From: Candidatus Woesearchaeota archaeon
GTDB taxonomy: Archaea; Nanobdellota; Nanobdellia; UBA10117; ARS21
Direction of reading: 5' to 3'
DNA: 64,000 bases
Assembly (NCBI GenBank): GCA_038128845.1
Contig: JAYPKL010000001.1
Coordinates: 113,605-177,604 of the forward strand
Made by a program: the position numbers and the translations under genes. This document shows positions 31,073 to 41,981 of this stretch, in pieces. How positions within the stretch are numbered: the first letter of the stretch is position 1; each line of letters opens with the position of its first letter. A model generated the notes under the pieces. The model was given only the letters and a program-made list of their open reading frames with translations. It was not told the DNA's origin and did not search any database.

Positions 31073-31543
31073 ATGCAATCAATAATTTATTCCATAATAC
31101 TAAATCCAATTTTTGTAATTAGCGTATTATCCTCAATAATTTCTCAATTTTTTAAGATGGTATTATATTCGATTAAGAAAAAAAAATTAATACTTGACGT
31201 CATATGGAAAGGTTACGGAAATAAAGCGGGGATGCCAAGTTCACACACTGCATTTGTTTCGGGAGCATGTGCAACTATTTTTTTAATGGAAGGAGGTCCA
31301 TCAAATCTTTTTATGTTATCTTTAATTACAGCTATTGTTACAGTTCAAACTGTTGTGGACCTTAAATTCCATTTTGATTCCGCATCAGATTATATTAATG
31401 ATATGTTTGATTTAATCGTTGATACTAAAGAAAATGCATGGAAAAAATTTGAACATTTAACAGGACATACTTACAATCAAGTAATTATCGGAGCAATTAT
31501 CGGAGTATATACCGCATTAACTCTTTATCCTAATTTAATATAG
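31073..31543 (+). CDS. DUF212-family membrane protein (divergent PAP2-like)
   Basis: GMPSSHTAFVSGACATIF motif characteristic of the DUF212/acid-phosphatase-like family. 4 TM helices. Confidence 0.5.
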   Translation: MQSIIYSIILNPIFVISVLSSIISQFFKMVLYSIKKKKLILDVIWKGYGNKAGMPSSHTAFVSGACATIFLMEGGPSNLFMLSLITAIVTVQTVVDLKFHFDSASDYINDMFDLIVDTKENAWKKFEHLTGHTYNQVIIGAIIGVYTALTLYPNLI

Positions 31544-31826
31544 AAAATTGAGCATGTTTTTGATTTCCAATTTTGACAACAGATTTCTTATCAATTATTT
31601 CTAATTTTAAAAATAAATTTACAATATTATTACCTATAATATTTCCATCATTACAAGTATCTAAAAAATTTATTACAGATTCATCAGTTATTTCAGAACC
31701 ATAAAAACGTTCACTCACTGTAAAATCCAAATCTTTATTTTTAATTGTTTTACCTAATAATTCTTTATCAGAAATTGCAATTAAATTCCCGTACTGCGTT
31801 TTAGGTATTTTATAATAGAATTTCAT
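31530..31826 (-). CDS. small conserved archaeal protein (DUF424-like), hypothetical
   Basis: 98 aa. LIAISDKELLGKTI motif resembles DUF424. Coupled to aIF-2beta upstream. Confidence 0.3.
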   Translation of the reverse strand: MKFYYKIPKTQYGNLIAISDKELLGKTIKNKDLDFTVSERFYGSEITDESVINFLDTCNDGNIIGNNIVNLFLKLEIIDKKSVVKIGNQKHAQFSILN

Positions 31827-32242
31827 TTTATCTGTTTTACTGAGTTTCTAGCACCACAAGCTTCACACTGTTTAAAATAGATACTTTTTGATTTTACTAA
31901 TTTTGTATCAGGTTTATTACATTGACCACAAATTACATATTCTTTAGTGTATTTTTCAATTTTTTCATTAATTCTTTTAGAATTAAATTTACCAATAAAT
32001 ATATAGTTTGTACCTTTTTTCTCACCAGTTGTTGCAAGAGATTTTACCAGGAATTTAACTATATGATTTGGCTCCCTAGATAATTGATTGGAGATTTTAG
32101 TTATATTTGAAATTATTGTTCGATTTCCCTCAAATCTTCCTTCTATGCTAGGTACTTCAAAACGACTGGTAGCTTTTGATAGTTTTGGTAAATTTTTATA
32201 TGCTTTTTTTAATAATTCCTCATAAGTATATTTCCAAGCCAT
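31823..32242 (-). CDS. eif2b: translation initiation factor aIF-2 beta subunit
   Basis: C-terminal C4 zinc ribbon VICGQCNKPDT...CEACGA and N-terminal helical domain. 139 aa. Confidence 0.75.
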   Translation of the reverse strand: MAWKYTYEELLKKAYKNLPKLSKATSRFEVPSIEGRFEGNRTIISNITKISNQLSREPNHIVKFLVKSLATTGEKKGTNYIFIGKFNSKRINEKIEKYTKEYVICGQCNKPDTKLVKSKSIYFKQCEACGARNSVKQIK

Positions 32243-32277
32243 ATCATGACTTATTTATATTATTTATATTAGTTTCG

Positions 32278-32973
32278 TTAATCTAAAATTTTTAAAATTC
32301 CCTTTTTAGGTTCATATATTTCTCCAACTTTTAAGAGTTCAAATAAAGCATCCTTTATTTTGTCATTTTCTTCTTTGATTGTAGAAGTAACTATATCCAT
32401 CATGACTCCCGAACCTGAGTCATTATTCTTAATGTAATTAAGAATTTCTTGTTTAATATTTATTGAAGAGTTTTCTTCAGAAGATGAGATTGATATTATT
32501 TCTTCTTCGTCAGTATTTTCTTCAACTTTAATAGAATTAATTTCATTAGAACTTTCATTTATTTTTGAATTATTATTTTCTGAATTTGATGTTAATTGTA
32601 ATTCGTTTACAATTAACCAATTTGGATTTATTTTTTTAACTAATTCACCTACAATATATTTTTCATCATTATATTCTTTTATTTTTCCAATAACTCTTAC
32701 TATATCCCCGATATCAACATTTTTAATAATATTAACTTCTGCTCCAAAATTCTTAATTCTTATTGTTTCACTACCGTCATCAAGAGTTATTGCACAATAA
32801 TTTTGATCATCAGTTAAATATTTTCCAACAACAGATGCAATTATATTAACTCTCGAAATTTCCAGATTATTATATTTTATAACGCTAGGATTAAATCCTT
32901 CCCTTTTTTCATAGTCTGAATTAATTATGTTTTTTAATTTAATTCTGTATGCAGTTGATCTTTTTATGGCCAT
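32278..32973 (-). CDS. OB-fold + C-terminal winged-helix protein (RPA32/Stn1-like ssDNA-binding subunit candidate)
   Basis: OB-like core (NIIASVVGKY...GDIVRVIGKIKEYNDEKYIVGELV), acidic Ser-rich linker, C-terminal wH (ILNYIKNNDSGSGVMMDIV...LFELLKVGEIYEP). Adjacent to mcm. Confidence 0.4.
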   Translation of the reverse strand: MAIKRSTAYRIKLKNIINSDYEKREGFNPSVIKYNNLEISRVNIIASVVGKYLTDDQNYCAITLDDGSETIRIKNFGAEVNIIKNVDIGDIVRVIGKIKEYNDEKYIVGELVKKINPNWLIVNELQLTSNSENNNSKINESSNEINSIKVEENTDEEEIISISSSEENSSINIKQEILNYIKNNDSGSGVMMDIVTSTIKEENDKIKDALFELLKVGEIYEPKKGILKILD

Positions 32974-33011
32974 ATTATGATTGAATAATTTTTATTTATA
33001 AGGTATTATAT

Positions 33012-35030
33012 TTATGAGCGTTGAATAAATCCATTTTTTGGTTCAAATAAATCTCCAGATCGAAGTAATTGTGTAATTAGTTCGTCTGTTTTATTTTTAT
33101 CAATACCTTGATTTTCAGCATTAGTTATAATTTCAGATTTCGGAACAGATTTACCAAATTGAGATTCAAGGCTTTCTATTATTTGTCTTACTACTGACAT
33201 TTTATTTCTGGTACTTGCAGTTATTCCCGTGGTTATTCTATCTATGTCTAGTTCTCCTGTTTCTGGATCAGTTCCTAATTGTTTTAATGTTTCTTCAACT
33301 AGTTTAATTGCTCTTTGAGCATCAGAATCTTCAACTGTTTTTGATAATCTAACTCTCGCAGAAGCCTCTGCCAATCTAACGATTGCTTGTAATTGTCTTG
33401 CAGATATTGGAATCGATTTTATACCTCCGTCACCCGATGCCGTTCCTCTAATTCTTACATAGTAATCTTGTATTAATTTTTGGGCCGAATTTGAAAGTTT
33501 AGGAAAACAATTTTGTCTAGCATATGCTATATATTTTCTTAGTAAATTATGTTCAATATCACTTGAAGTTGATTCAATATCTCCTTGTAATGCAAGTACA
33601 TGCTTTGCGACTCTTTCATCATTGTCTTGATTTGGTATATCTCTTATTACAAACATTAAGTCAAATCTATTTATTAGAGAAGGAGGTAAGTCGATTTGAG
33701 TTGGAGCAGGTCTAAATGGATCAAATCTTCCAAATTTAGGATTTGCTGCAGCCAAAACAGATGCTTGAGACATAAGAGTGGCTTGTATATTCGCTTTAGA
33801 TATTGAAACAGTTTGCTGTTCCATTGCTTCATGCATTGCACTTCGGTCATCTGCAGATATCTTATCTAGTTCGTCAATACAAGCCATACCTTTATTTGCC
33901 AATACTAAAGTACCTGCTTCAAGCGCCCAACCACCAAGAAATTCATCTTTAACTACTGCTGCAGTAAGACCTGCTCCGGAAGCACCTCTACCTGCAACAT
34001 ACCTTGCTTTAGGTGCAAGATTTCCAATGTATCTTAATAAAATAGATTTACCTGCTCCTGGATCACCCATTAAAAGTATATGAACATCACCTCGCCATTC
34101 TGTTCCATCATCTTTTACTTTACGTACTCCTCCAAATAATTGAAGTGCAATTGATTCTTTAATTTCTTCATATCCATAAATTACTGGAGCAATAGATCTT
34201 ATTAATTTAGAATAAATTTCTGGATCTTTTGATAATTTTAAAATTTCTTCTTCCTCTTCTTTATTTATTTCTAATTCTTCAAAATCTTCATCAGAAGTTG
34301 ATACTGAATTACATTCTATGATTATGTCAAATTGAGTTGACTGTGCACCAGTTTTAGAAGACATTACAACTTCTTTTACAATTCCAACAATTTTTACTTT
34401 ATTACCGGGATATCTTCTTCTTTCTTGATCAGGTTCCAATAAATCGTCGTCTAATATGCATCTTATTCGTTTAGGTTGTTCTCCACCATCTAATGATTCA
34501 GGAGGTTCCTCAATTACTAATTGTTGAATATCTGTTAATTTTTTATCAATTAAAGTAAATTTACCTTTATGTCTACACTGATTACAAGAACGAGGCTCCT
34601 GTATTTTGCTTTCAGTTTGATCAACTCTTAATTGAGCAGCACATTTTGGACATTCAAATGTTCCAACAACAACTCTAGGTCTTACATCAGATGCCTGTCT
34701 TATTAATCCATCACAAGTTATCATTAAGCCCAGATGTTCACTTCTCAAATCTCTAATTTTAAATTTTTGAGAATCTGGAAGATTAATTACTCTTGCTCTA
34801 ATTTTAAAATTAATTTCACCTAATTCAATTTCTTGTATTGCTGCATCTAGAAATTCAATACTTTCTTTAGGATTTGAAAGCAATTTTTCAGACAAAGATA
34901 TATCAAACTTTGTTAAATCTTGAAAATCAATAAATAAGGATCTTGAGCCTTTTTGAACATTTTTTGTTAATTGAGTTAAATAGAATCTTTCAATAAATGT
35001 TCTATATTTGCCTAAAGTCTCAGATTCCAT
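33012..35030 (-). CDS. mcm: MCM replicative helicase
   Basis: Zn finger CPKC...CNQC, Walker A GDPGAGKS, arginine finger SRFDL. 672 aa. Confidence 0.9.
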   Translation of the reverse strand: MESETLGKYRTFIERFYLTQLTKNVQKGSRSLFIDFQDLTKFDISLSEKLLSNPKESIEFLDAAIQEIELGEINFKIRARVINLPDSQKFKIRDLRSEHLGLMITCDGLIRQASDVRPRVVVGTFECPKCAAQLRVDQTESKIQEPRSCNQCRHKGKFTLIDKKLTDIQQLVIEEPPESLDGGEQPKRIRCILDDDLLEPDQERRRYPGNKVKIVGIVKEVVMSSKTGAQSTQFDIIIECNSVSTSDEDFEELEINKEEEEEILKLSKDPEIYSKLIRSIAPVIYGYEEIKESIALQLFGGVRKVKDDGTEWRGDVHILLMGDPGAGKSILLRYIGNLAPKARYVAGRGASGAGLTAAVVKDEFLGGWALEAGTLVLANKGMACIDELDKISADDRSAMHEAMEQQTVSISKANIQATLMSQASVLAAANPKFGRFDPFRPAPTQIDLPPSLINRFDLMFVIRDIPNQDNDERVAKHVLALQGDIESTSSDIEHNLLRKYIAYARQNCFPKLSNSAQKLIQDYYVRIRGTASGDGGIKSIPISARQLQAIVRLAEASARVRLSKTVEDSDAQRAIKLVEETLKQLGTDPETGELDIDRITTGITASTRNKMSVVRQIIESLESQFGKSVPKSEIITNAENQGIDKNKTDELITQLLRSGDLFEPKNGFIQRS

Positions 35031-35070
35031 TAAAAAAATTCATGAAATCTAATTAAAAGATTTTATATTA

Positions 35071-35670
35071 TTATTCTTCTAATTCGCCAACATCAATAAG
35101 TTGTTCTCTTAAAAAAACAACAGAATCTTTAATTTCTTTTTCAGATTTAGCTCCAGCAATTACGATTTTTCCAGTTCCAAATAATAAAAAAGTTATATTT
35201 TGAAGAACATCTTCTCCCTTCAGTTTGTAAACAAGACCCGGAAATTGCTCAGGTTCGTATTCAGTGTTCTCAAATAAGAATACAATTTCATTTAAATTTA
35301 ATTTTCCACCTACTGATCCAGATGCAACCATATTTTGTACAGTAATTTGTGGTTTTTTGGTTATTTCAATACCTACTTCTTTTAAGTCTTCTACTACGTG
35401 TTGAACTGCAGCTTTTGAATCCTTAATTGATTTTGTACCGGCACAGATAACTCTTCCGGAACTAAATAATAAAAATGAAGCTTTTTTGAAAGATAAATTT
35501 TCATCTTCAACTTTGTAAATTAAACCTGGAAATGTTTCAGGAGTATAATCTGAATTGTCTAAAACAACTGCTAATTTTTCTAAAGGCAAGGTTGCAAAAA
35601 TATTAGCAGAAACTACGACATTTTGAATTTTTGACCAAACTTTTGTATCAACTTCAGGTGCCATAAGCAT
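35071..35670 (-). CDS. tbp: TATA-box binding protein
   Basis: Two direct repeats (IQNVVVSANI... / VQNMVASGSV...) with ...FPGLIYK...SFLLFSSGRVICAGTKS and ...FPGLVYKL...TFLLFGTGKIVIAGAKS. Confidence 0.9.
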   Translation of the reverse strand: MLMAPEVDTKVWSKIQNVVVSANIFATLPLEKLAVVLDNSDYTPETFPGLIYKVEDENLSFKKASFLLFSSGRVICAGTKSIKDSKAAVQHVVEDLKEVGIEITKKPQITVQNMVASGSVGGKLNLNEIVFLFENTEYEPEQFPGLVYKLKGEDVLQNITFLLFGTGKIVIAGAKSEKEIKDSVVFLREQLIDVGELEE

Positions 35671-35700
35671 ATATATATTGGAAAACTATATAAAACCTAC

Positions 35701-38700
35701 TTATAAAGAGACGCTAAACTTTTTACCTCGTATTAGAAATGTATTTTTTGAAATTGGTTTTGATATTTGCTCAATTGTTTTTGCATTAACTTTATTTTGA
35801 ATTTCATTCAAATCAATTTCTATTTCAGAATAAATTTTTAGATCTATTTTTTTAGTTTTAGTAAGATTTTTTATTTTTCTTTCATCTTGTATTTTTCTTA
35901 TTATCTCTCTTGTGAAACCAGATTTTATCATATCTTCCGTTTCTTCCTGGTTTATTGTAAAAATATAATTTTTATTTGAAGAACCAATGTATCCGACAGG
36001 TAATTTTTTTAATTCTTCAAACATATCCGTACTTATTTTAATTTTTTTATTATTCAAATTCATAGTTAAATTTAGTTTACTTGGATTCAAATTTCTAATA
36101 AAATCAACAACTTTTTTTGTATCTTTTCCATATTTTGATCCAATTAATTTATAGTTTGGTTCATAAACCGTTTCCGAATTTTCAATATTTTTAACAAATT
36201 TAATATCATCAATATTTGTTTGAGACTTAAATAAATCAAGATTTTCTTTCAAAAATTTAGATTCTTTAATTGAGATTGTAATATCTTTTATTGGCCATCT
36301 CAAATTTCTTTTAATTCTTTCTCTATTTGCAAGAACATCAGAAATAAGTGAATTAAAAATTTCAAATTTATTCTCTAATTTTTTATCTATTCTATAATTA
36401 TCATACTTTGGAATTCTCTCAAGATGTATTGATTTTTCAGATATTTGAGGATAATCAGACAACATTAAATAAATTTTATCAGATACAAAAGGTGCTATTG
36501 GTGCAAGTAATTTCAATGAAGTTAATAATGATTCAAGCAAAACATACCCAATTTTTTGATCATCTCTGTTTCTAACATATTGAATATATGTTCTTGACAA
36601 ATCATTAATTATAAAATTAGAAATTGCTCTTCCCATATTTTGATATTCAAAATTTTCATACGCCTTTTCATATTCTTTAATCATAGTATTTGCTCTAGAA
36701 ATAATCCATTTATCTTCTGGTTTTGTCAATCTTTGAGAAGTAATGAAAGGATACTCAGTTTTCAAATAATTTGCCAAATTCCATAAAGTATTAACAACGG
36801 AAAAAGTTTCTTTTTTAACATCCGAAGGACTAAATCTTGCAAGCTCATAAGGCGCAGTATTAGTACAATAGTACAATCTTATCAAATCTGCACCAAGTTC
36901 ATTAATACCTTCTTTTGCCCAAACACCATTACCCTCAGATTTTGATATTTTTTCACCTTTTTCATCAACTCCAAATGCAGGCATTGTAACAGTTTTATAT
37001 GGTGATTTACCAAATACTGCAACTGAAGTATAAAGTAATGAAAAAAACCATCCTCTTATTTGATCTGTAGCTTCACTTACTTTATCAACAGGAAAATGTT
37101 TCTCAAATATTTTTTTATTCTTGTGAGGATATCCTAACCAAGCCCAAGGAGCCATACCAGAATCATACCATACATCAAAAATATCACCAATTGATTTTAA
37201 TTTACTTCCACACGAACAATCAACTTCTAAAGTATTTAATTCGTGTAAATCAAAATCAGGATCCAATTTTTTCTTTAAATATTTTTCAAGATCCTTTTTA
37301 GATTCTACTACAAAATTATTATTACAGGAGTTACATTCAAATATCGGAACAGGTATACCCCAAAATCTCTGACGAGTAAAATTCCAATCATCATAATTAC
37401 TTAACCAATCATGCATACGATCTTTCGCAAAATCAGGCATCCAGTTTATTTTTTGATTTTCCGATAATAATTTTTTAAGTATTTTATTTGTATTGAAGAA
37501 CCATTGATTACTTAACATGTATACCAAAGGAGTTTTACATCTCCAACAAACGGCTACAGAGTGATTTATTTTTTCATTATATAGCAAAGAATTAGTTCTT
37601 TTCAAATATTCAATAATTTTAATATCTGCATCTTTGTAAAACATTCCTTTATATGTTTCTACATCAGAAGTATAATTCCCTGATTCATCTATAGGACTCA
37701 ACTCAGGAAGCTTGTTTAATTTACCAAAAATATTATCCGTTTTACCATGACCAGGAGCAGTATGTAGAATTCCTGTTCCACTTTCAACAGAAACAAAATC
37801 TTCGTAAACTTCACCAGATTTCAAACCCAACTTTTCTGCTGCTTTAGGAGAAAGTCTTTCTTTTAACATAGGTCGAGATAAATACACCTTTCTTGCTTGA
37901 GGAATATTATCCAAACTTTTCTGAGTTTTTGTGTCAAATAGAGGTAAATACTTAGCTCCCTCCAATTTATTACCTTTAAATTTAGAAATTATTTCATATT
38001 TTAATTTAAATTTTTCAAATAATTCTAATCGGTTTTCTGCCAAAATAATTTTTTCATTATTTACTTTTATAGTCACATAATTTTCATCACCTTTAACTGC
38101 TAATGCAACATTTGAAGGTAAGGTCCAAGGAGTTGTTGTATATACTAATAAACTTTCATCTGAATCCTTAAGCTTAAATTTAACATAAACTGCAGGATCT
38201 GTCAAATTTTGATAAGAATCAGTAACTTCGTAACCAGCACAAGCAGTACTACATCTTGGACACCAGTGAACGGGTTTTCTACCTTTGTAAACCATGCCTT
38301 TATTCCATATTTGTTTAAATGCCCACCAGGAACTTTCTAAATAATTGTTTGAATAAGTTAAATAAGGGTCTTTATCTGTTGCAAACCAAGTACCATATTT
38401 ATCATAAATTTCCATATTTTCAGATATATTTTTGGTAGCTAATTTTTTACATTCATTTGAAAATTTTTTAATTCCGTATTTGAAAATATCTTTTTTATTT
38501 TTTATTTTTAGATTCTTTTCGACTTGATGTTCAATTGGCAGTCCATGTGTATCAAAACCTGCAGTGAATAAAACATCCTTACCTTTCATAAATTCATATC
38601 TTATCGATAAGTCTTTGAAGAAAATATTTCTTAAGTGACCCACATGAAGTTCATTATTAGCATACGGAGGACCCTCGAGTAGTATGTACGGTTTTCCGCC

Positions 38701-38790
38701 TTTGTTTTTTGTTTGTAGTTTTTTCAGTAAATTAATATTTTGCCAATGTTTGTTAATTTCTTTTTCTACTTTTTTATGATTATAATTCAT
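35701..38790 (-). CDS. ileS: isoleucyl-tRNA synthetase
   Basis: HIGH (PPYANNELHVGHLRN), KMSKS (KISKSEGN), CP1 editing domain. 1029 aa. Confidence 0.9.
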   Translation of the reverse strand: MNYNHKKVEKEINKHWQNINLLKKLQTKNKGGKPYILLEGPPYANNELHVGHLRNIFFKDLSIRYEFMKGKDVLFTAGFDTHGLPIEHQVEKNLKIKNKKDIFKYGIKKFSNECKKLATKNISENMEIYDKYGTWFATDKDPYLTYSNNYLESSWWAFKQIWNKGMVYKGRKPVHWCPRCSTACAGYEVTDSYQNLTDPAVYVKFKLKDSDESLLVYTTTPWTLPSNVALAVKGDENYVTIKVNNEKIILAENRLELFEKFKLKYEIISKFKGNKLEGAKYLPLFDTKTQKSLDNIPQARKVYLSRPMLKERLSPKAAEKLGLKSGEVYEDFVSVESGTGILHTAPGHGKTDNIFGKLNKLPELSPIDESGNYTSDVETYKGMFYKDADIKIIEYLKRTNSLLYNEKINHSVAVCWRCKTPLVYMLSNQWFFNTNKILKKLLSENQKINWMPDFAKDRMHDWLSNYDDWNFTRQRFWGIPVPIFECNSCNNNFVVESKKDLEKYLKKKLDPDFDLHELNTLEVDCSCGSKLKSIGDIFDVWYDSGMAPWAWLGYPHKNKKIFEKHFPVDKVSEATDQIRGWFFSLLYTSVAVFGKSPYKTVTMPAFGVDEKGEKISKSEGNGVWAKEGINELGADLIRLYYCTNTAPYELARFSPSDVKKETFSVVNTLWNLANYLKTEYPFITSQRLTKPEDKWIISRANTMIKEYEKAYENFEYQNMGRAISNFIINDLSRTYIQYVRNRDDQKIGYVLLESLLTSLKLLAPIAPFVSDKIYLMLSDYPQISEKSIHLERIPKYDNYRIDKKLENKFEIFNSLISDVLANRERIKRNLRWPIKDITISIKESKFLKENLDLFKSQTNIDDIKFVKNIENSETVYEPNYKLIGSKYGKDTKKVVDFIRNLNPSKLNLTMNLNNKKIKISTDMFEELKKLPVGYIGSSNKNYIFTINQEETEDMIKSGFTREIIRKIQDERKIKNLTKTKKIDLKIYSEIEIDLNEIQNKVNAKTIEQISKPISKNTFLIRGKKFSVSL

Positions 38791-38885
38791 TTATAAGTAA
38801 CCTGTGTAAAATTTATATAGTTAATGAATTGTTATAATGACTTTACTTACTAAATATTTATAATTAAATTACAATAAAATTTCGT

Positions 38886-39878
38886 ATGTTTGAAGTCTGG
38901 ACAGAAAAATATAGACCTAAGACTTTGTCCGAAGTTAAAGGTCAAGAAGATATTACCAATAGACTTTCAGCATTTATAAATTCAAAATCTATGCCACACC
39001 TATTATTTGCGGGAATGCAAGGAACAGGAAAAACTACATCATTTTTAGCATTAGCTAGAGATCTTTTTGGAGAAGATTATAAAGAAAATGTTCTTGAACT
39101 AAATGCTTCCGATGACAGAGGAATAAACATAGTTAGAACCGCAATCAAAGATTTTGCAAGAACAAGATCCGTTTCTGAAAAAGCACCATTTAAACTAATT
39201 TTTTTAGATGAAGCAGATGCTTTAACAAAAGATGCACAAAATGCTTTAAGAAGAACAATGGAAGATTATTCTTCAAATGTAAGATTTTGTTTAAGTTGTA
39301 ACTATTCATCAAGAATAATTCCGCCGATACAATCAAGATGTGCAATATTTAGGTTTCAACCTCTTCCTAAGAAAGTAGTAACAGAGGTATTAATGGATAT
39401 TTCAAAAAAAGAAAAATTAGATTTAGATCATACTGCAGCAGATTATATTTATGATGCATCCGAAGGAGATTTAAGAAAGGCAGAAAACATTTTACAAGCA
39501 ACAACAGCAATAGCAACAAAACCTTCTGAGTCTATACCTGGTTTAACAAGAGTAACAGTTAATGAAGTAAAAGAAGTTGTTTCTTTTGCCGAACCTTTAG
39601 AATTATATTCAATTGTCAAATTAGCATTGTCTGGTCAATTTAAACAATCCAAAGATAAATTATCTGATGTTATTGTTAAATACGGTCTTTCCGGAGTGGA
39701 CGCAATTTCTCAAATTCAAAAACAAATCTGGAATTCGGATGAGTTTTCTGATAAAATTAAAGTAAGACTTATGAAATCTTGTGGCGAATATGAATTTAGA
39801 ATTTCAGAAGGTTCTAATGAATTTGTTCAACTTAATGCTTTTCTTGCAGATCTAGTTTTATTAGGTAATGAAAACTAG
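38886..39878 (+). CDS. rfcS: replication factor C small subunit
   Basis: WTEKYRPKTL, Walker A GMQGTGKTT, DEAD-like FLDEAD, SRC motif QSRCAIFRF. Confidence 0.9.
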   Translation: MFEVWTEKYRPKTLSEVKGQEDITNRLSAFINSKSMPHLLFAGMQGTGKTTSFLALARDLFGEDYKENVLELNASDDRGINIVRTAIKDFARTRSVSEKAPFKLIFLDEADALTKDAQNALRRTMEDYSSNVRFCLSCNYSSRIIPPIQSRCAIFRFQPLPKKVVTEVLMDISKKEKLDLDHTAADYIYDASEGDLRKAENILQATTAIATKPSESIPGLTRVTVNEVKEVVSFAEPLELYSIVKLALSGQFKQSKDKLSDVIVKYGLSGVDAISQIQKQIWNSDEFSDKIKVRLMKSCGEYEFRISEGSNEFVQLNAFLADLVLLGNEN

Positions 39879-39939
39879 ATATTCTAAAATAGAATATTAA
39901 ATGAAATAATGTTTATAAGTAAAATAAATATATTAGTAT

Positions 39940-40362
39940 ATGAAAGCCAAAACCGGAGATCTTGTTGAAGTTCATTTTACAGGATTTTTGGAAGATGGAA
40001 CTGTTTTTGATACTTCTAAAGGTAAAGAACCGATTCAATTTGTCATGGGATCTGATGAAGTTATACCAGGATTTAGTCAAGGAATTTCTGGTATGAGACT
40101 TGGAGAAATTAGAAGAATTGAATTACCTCCTGAACATGCTTACGGAGAATATCATGATGAATTAATTAGAGATTTTCCAATAAGTAATTTTGAAGGGGGA
40201 GTTGAAGAAGGTGTCACGGTACACGGAATGGTTTCCGGAGAAGTGACAACAGGTATGATATTAAAAATAATTGATAATACCGTTTTAGTTGATTTTAATC
40301 ATCCTTTAGCTGGAAAAAGATTAATTTTTGAAGTTGAATTAATAAATAATACTAGACATTAG
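39940..40362 (+). CDS. FKBP-type peptidyl-prolyl cis-trans isomerase (short form)
   Basis: GDLVEVHFTGFLEDGTVFDTS... FKBP fold signature. 140 aa. Confidence 0.8.
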   Translation: MKAKTGDLVEVHFTGFLEDGTVFDTSKGKEPIQFVMGSDEVIPGFSQGISGMRLGEIRRIELPPEHAYGEYHDELIRDFPISNFEGGVEEGVTVHGMVSGEVTTGMILKIIDNTVLVDFNHPLAGKRLIFEVELINNTRH

Positions 40363-40406
40363 ACAAATGCTTACGAAGTTTATATATTAAATTTTAGATA
40401 TATTTT

Positions 40407-40592
40407 ATGAAAACTTTGAATTTATTCGGAAAAACTTTTTTTAGAAAAGGTTACATTGAATTGTCAAAAGTAAATCTTTTGCCAAGGACTTTAAATGAAG
40501 TATATAACATTGATCCAAACTCAATGGATAAAAAACAAGTTGAATATATTTTCAGCAAAGTTATCGGAGGATTAGATTATGTCAACAACTAA
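40407..40592 (+). CDS. hypothetical small protein
   Basis: 61 aa, no motif. Overlaps the next small ORF by 14 nt. Confidence 0.2.
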   Translation: MKTLNLFGKTFFRKGYIELSKVNLLPRTLNEVYNIDPNSMDKKQVEYIFSKVIGGLDYVNN

Positions 40593-40761
40593 TTCTCTAA
40601 TTGAATTTGCTTCACGCAATCGTGAACTTTTTTTTGAAGTAGTAGATATATTCAAAAATGATGAACCTTTGCTTGACATTATTAATCAGCAAAGTAAAAA
40701 AATTAATTTATTAAATAATCAACTTCTCAATCTAAAGAGACAACTAAACACAAGTATATAA
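40579..40761 (+). CDS. hypothetical small coiled-coil protein
   Basis: 60 aa. C-terminal heptad-like LLNNQLLNLKRQL. Confidence 0.2.
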   Translation: MSTTNSLIEFASRNRELFFEVVDIFKNDEPLLDIINQQSKKINLLNNQLLNLKRQLNTSI

Positions 40762-40783
40762 ATTAATTTTTTATTTTTATTTT

Positions 40784-41947
40784 ATGCTTATCAAAAAATA
40801 TATTCCAAAGAAATTAAACGATATTGTTGGACAATATTCCGGAATAGTAAAATTAAGTAGATTCATAAAGTCTAAATCAAAAAAAGCTTCAATTATATAT
40901 GGTGAAACGGGTATTGGTAAAAGTTTAGCTGTTCGTGTTTTTGCAACAGAAAATAATTTTGAACTATTTGAATTACCACCTTCTTCAACAAGAAAAGGAG
41001 AAAAAATTTTAGAAAAATTAAGACCAATTACTACTCAGCCATCTTTATTTGGAGGAGATAAAATTATCCTAATTGATGAATTAGAATCATTTAGTTCCTC
41101 AGATAGAGGTGGAATCAAAGCACTAATTGAAATTATAAAAAATACAAAATATCCTATAATAATTACAGCAAATGATCCTTGGAATTCTAAATATAAAACT
41201 TTAAGAAATTACTGTGAACTTATTCAATTCAATCCAGTAGATTATAAAGAAATTGAAAAGTATCTTTCTAAAATTTGTACAAAGGAAGAAGTAAAAGTTG
41301 AACCAGTTGTACTAAAAAGAATTGCTGCAAGAGCTCAAGGAGATGTACGTTCCGCATTAATGGATCTTGAAGTAATTATAAATGATAAAACGGAAATTGA
41401 AAATAAAGATATTTATGACTTATTTAGAGAAAGAGATGAATCAATATTTTATTCAGTAAAAATAACTCTAAAATCATTTGATTCAAAATTAGCATTATCA
41501 ATCTTTAATGATATTAAAGTCGATAATTCAGAATATATTCTTTGGATTGACCAAAATATTCACCAAGAATATTTTGATAAATATTCTTTGAGAGAAGCTT
41601 ATGTCTCAATTTCAGATTCAGATATTTTTAATTCAAGAATATCTAAAAATCAAAATTATAATTTAGCAAAATATCGAGATATATTTTCAACATCAGGAGT
41701 TCAACAAGCTAAAAAAGAAGTTTCTCAAACAATTTCTAGTTACAAGCGACCAGAGCTTTTAATGAAAATATATAGTTATGCTTCAAAACGAAAAAAAGCA
41801 AAAGGAATATCTGATCAAATTTCAAAAAAATTACATACATCCGCAAATGCATTAATGAAAGATTTCTATCCTTATTTCGACTTCATCAAACAAAATAATA
41901 AACAAATGGGTAAAGAATTAACAAAATATTTAGAATCTGAAAATTAA
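40784..41947 (+). CDS. rfcL: replication factor C large subunit
   Basis: KYIPKKLNDIVGQ, Walker A GETGIGKS, DEL box ILIDELES. 387 aa. Confidence 0.7.
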   Translation: MLIKKYIPKKLNDIVGQYSGIVKLSRFIKSKSKKASIIYGETGIGKSLAVRVFATENNFELFELPPSSTRKGEKILEKLRPITTQPSLFGGDKIILIDELESFSSSDRGGIKALIEIIKNTKYPIIITANDPWNSKYKTLRNYCELIQFNPVDYKEIEKYLSKICTKEEVKVEPVVLKRIAARAQGDVRSALMDLEVIINDKTEIENKDIYDLFRERDESIFYSVKITLKSFDSKLALSIFNDIKVDNSEYILWIDQNIHQEYFDKYSLREAYVSISDSDIFNSRISKNQNYNLAKYRDIFSTSGVQQAKKEVSQTISSYKRPELLMKIYSYASKRKKAKGISDQISKKLHTSANALMKDFYPYFDFIKQNNKQMGKELTKYLESEN

Positions 41948-41981
41948 TAATATTTTTAAATTAAAATTTAAGAGAAGATAT

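Noticed and set aside
33524-34083. Plus-strand ORFs within mcm
   Set aside because: Antisense to MCM Walker A/arginine-finger region.
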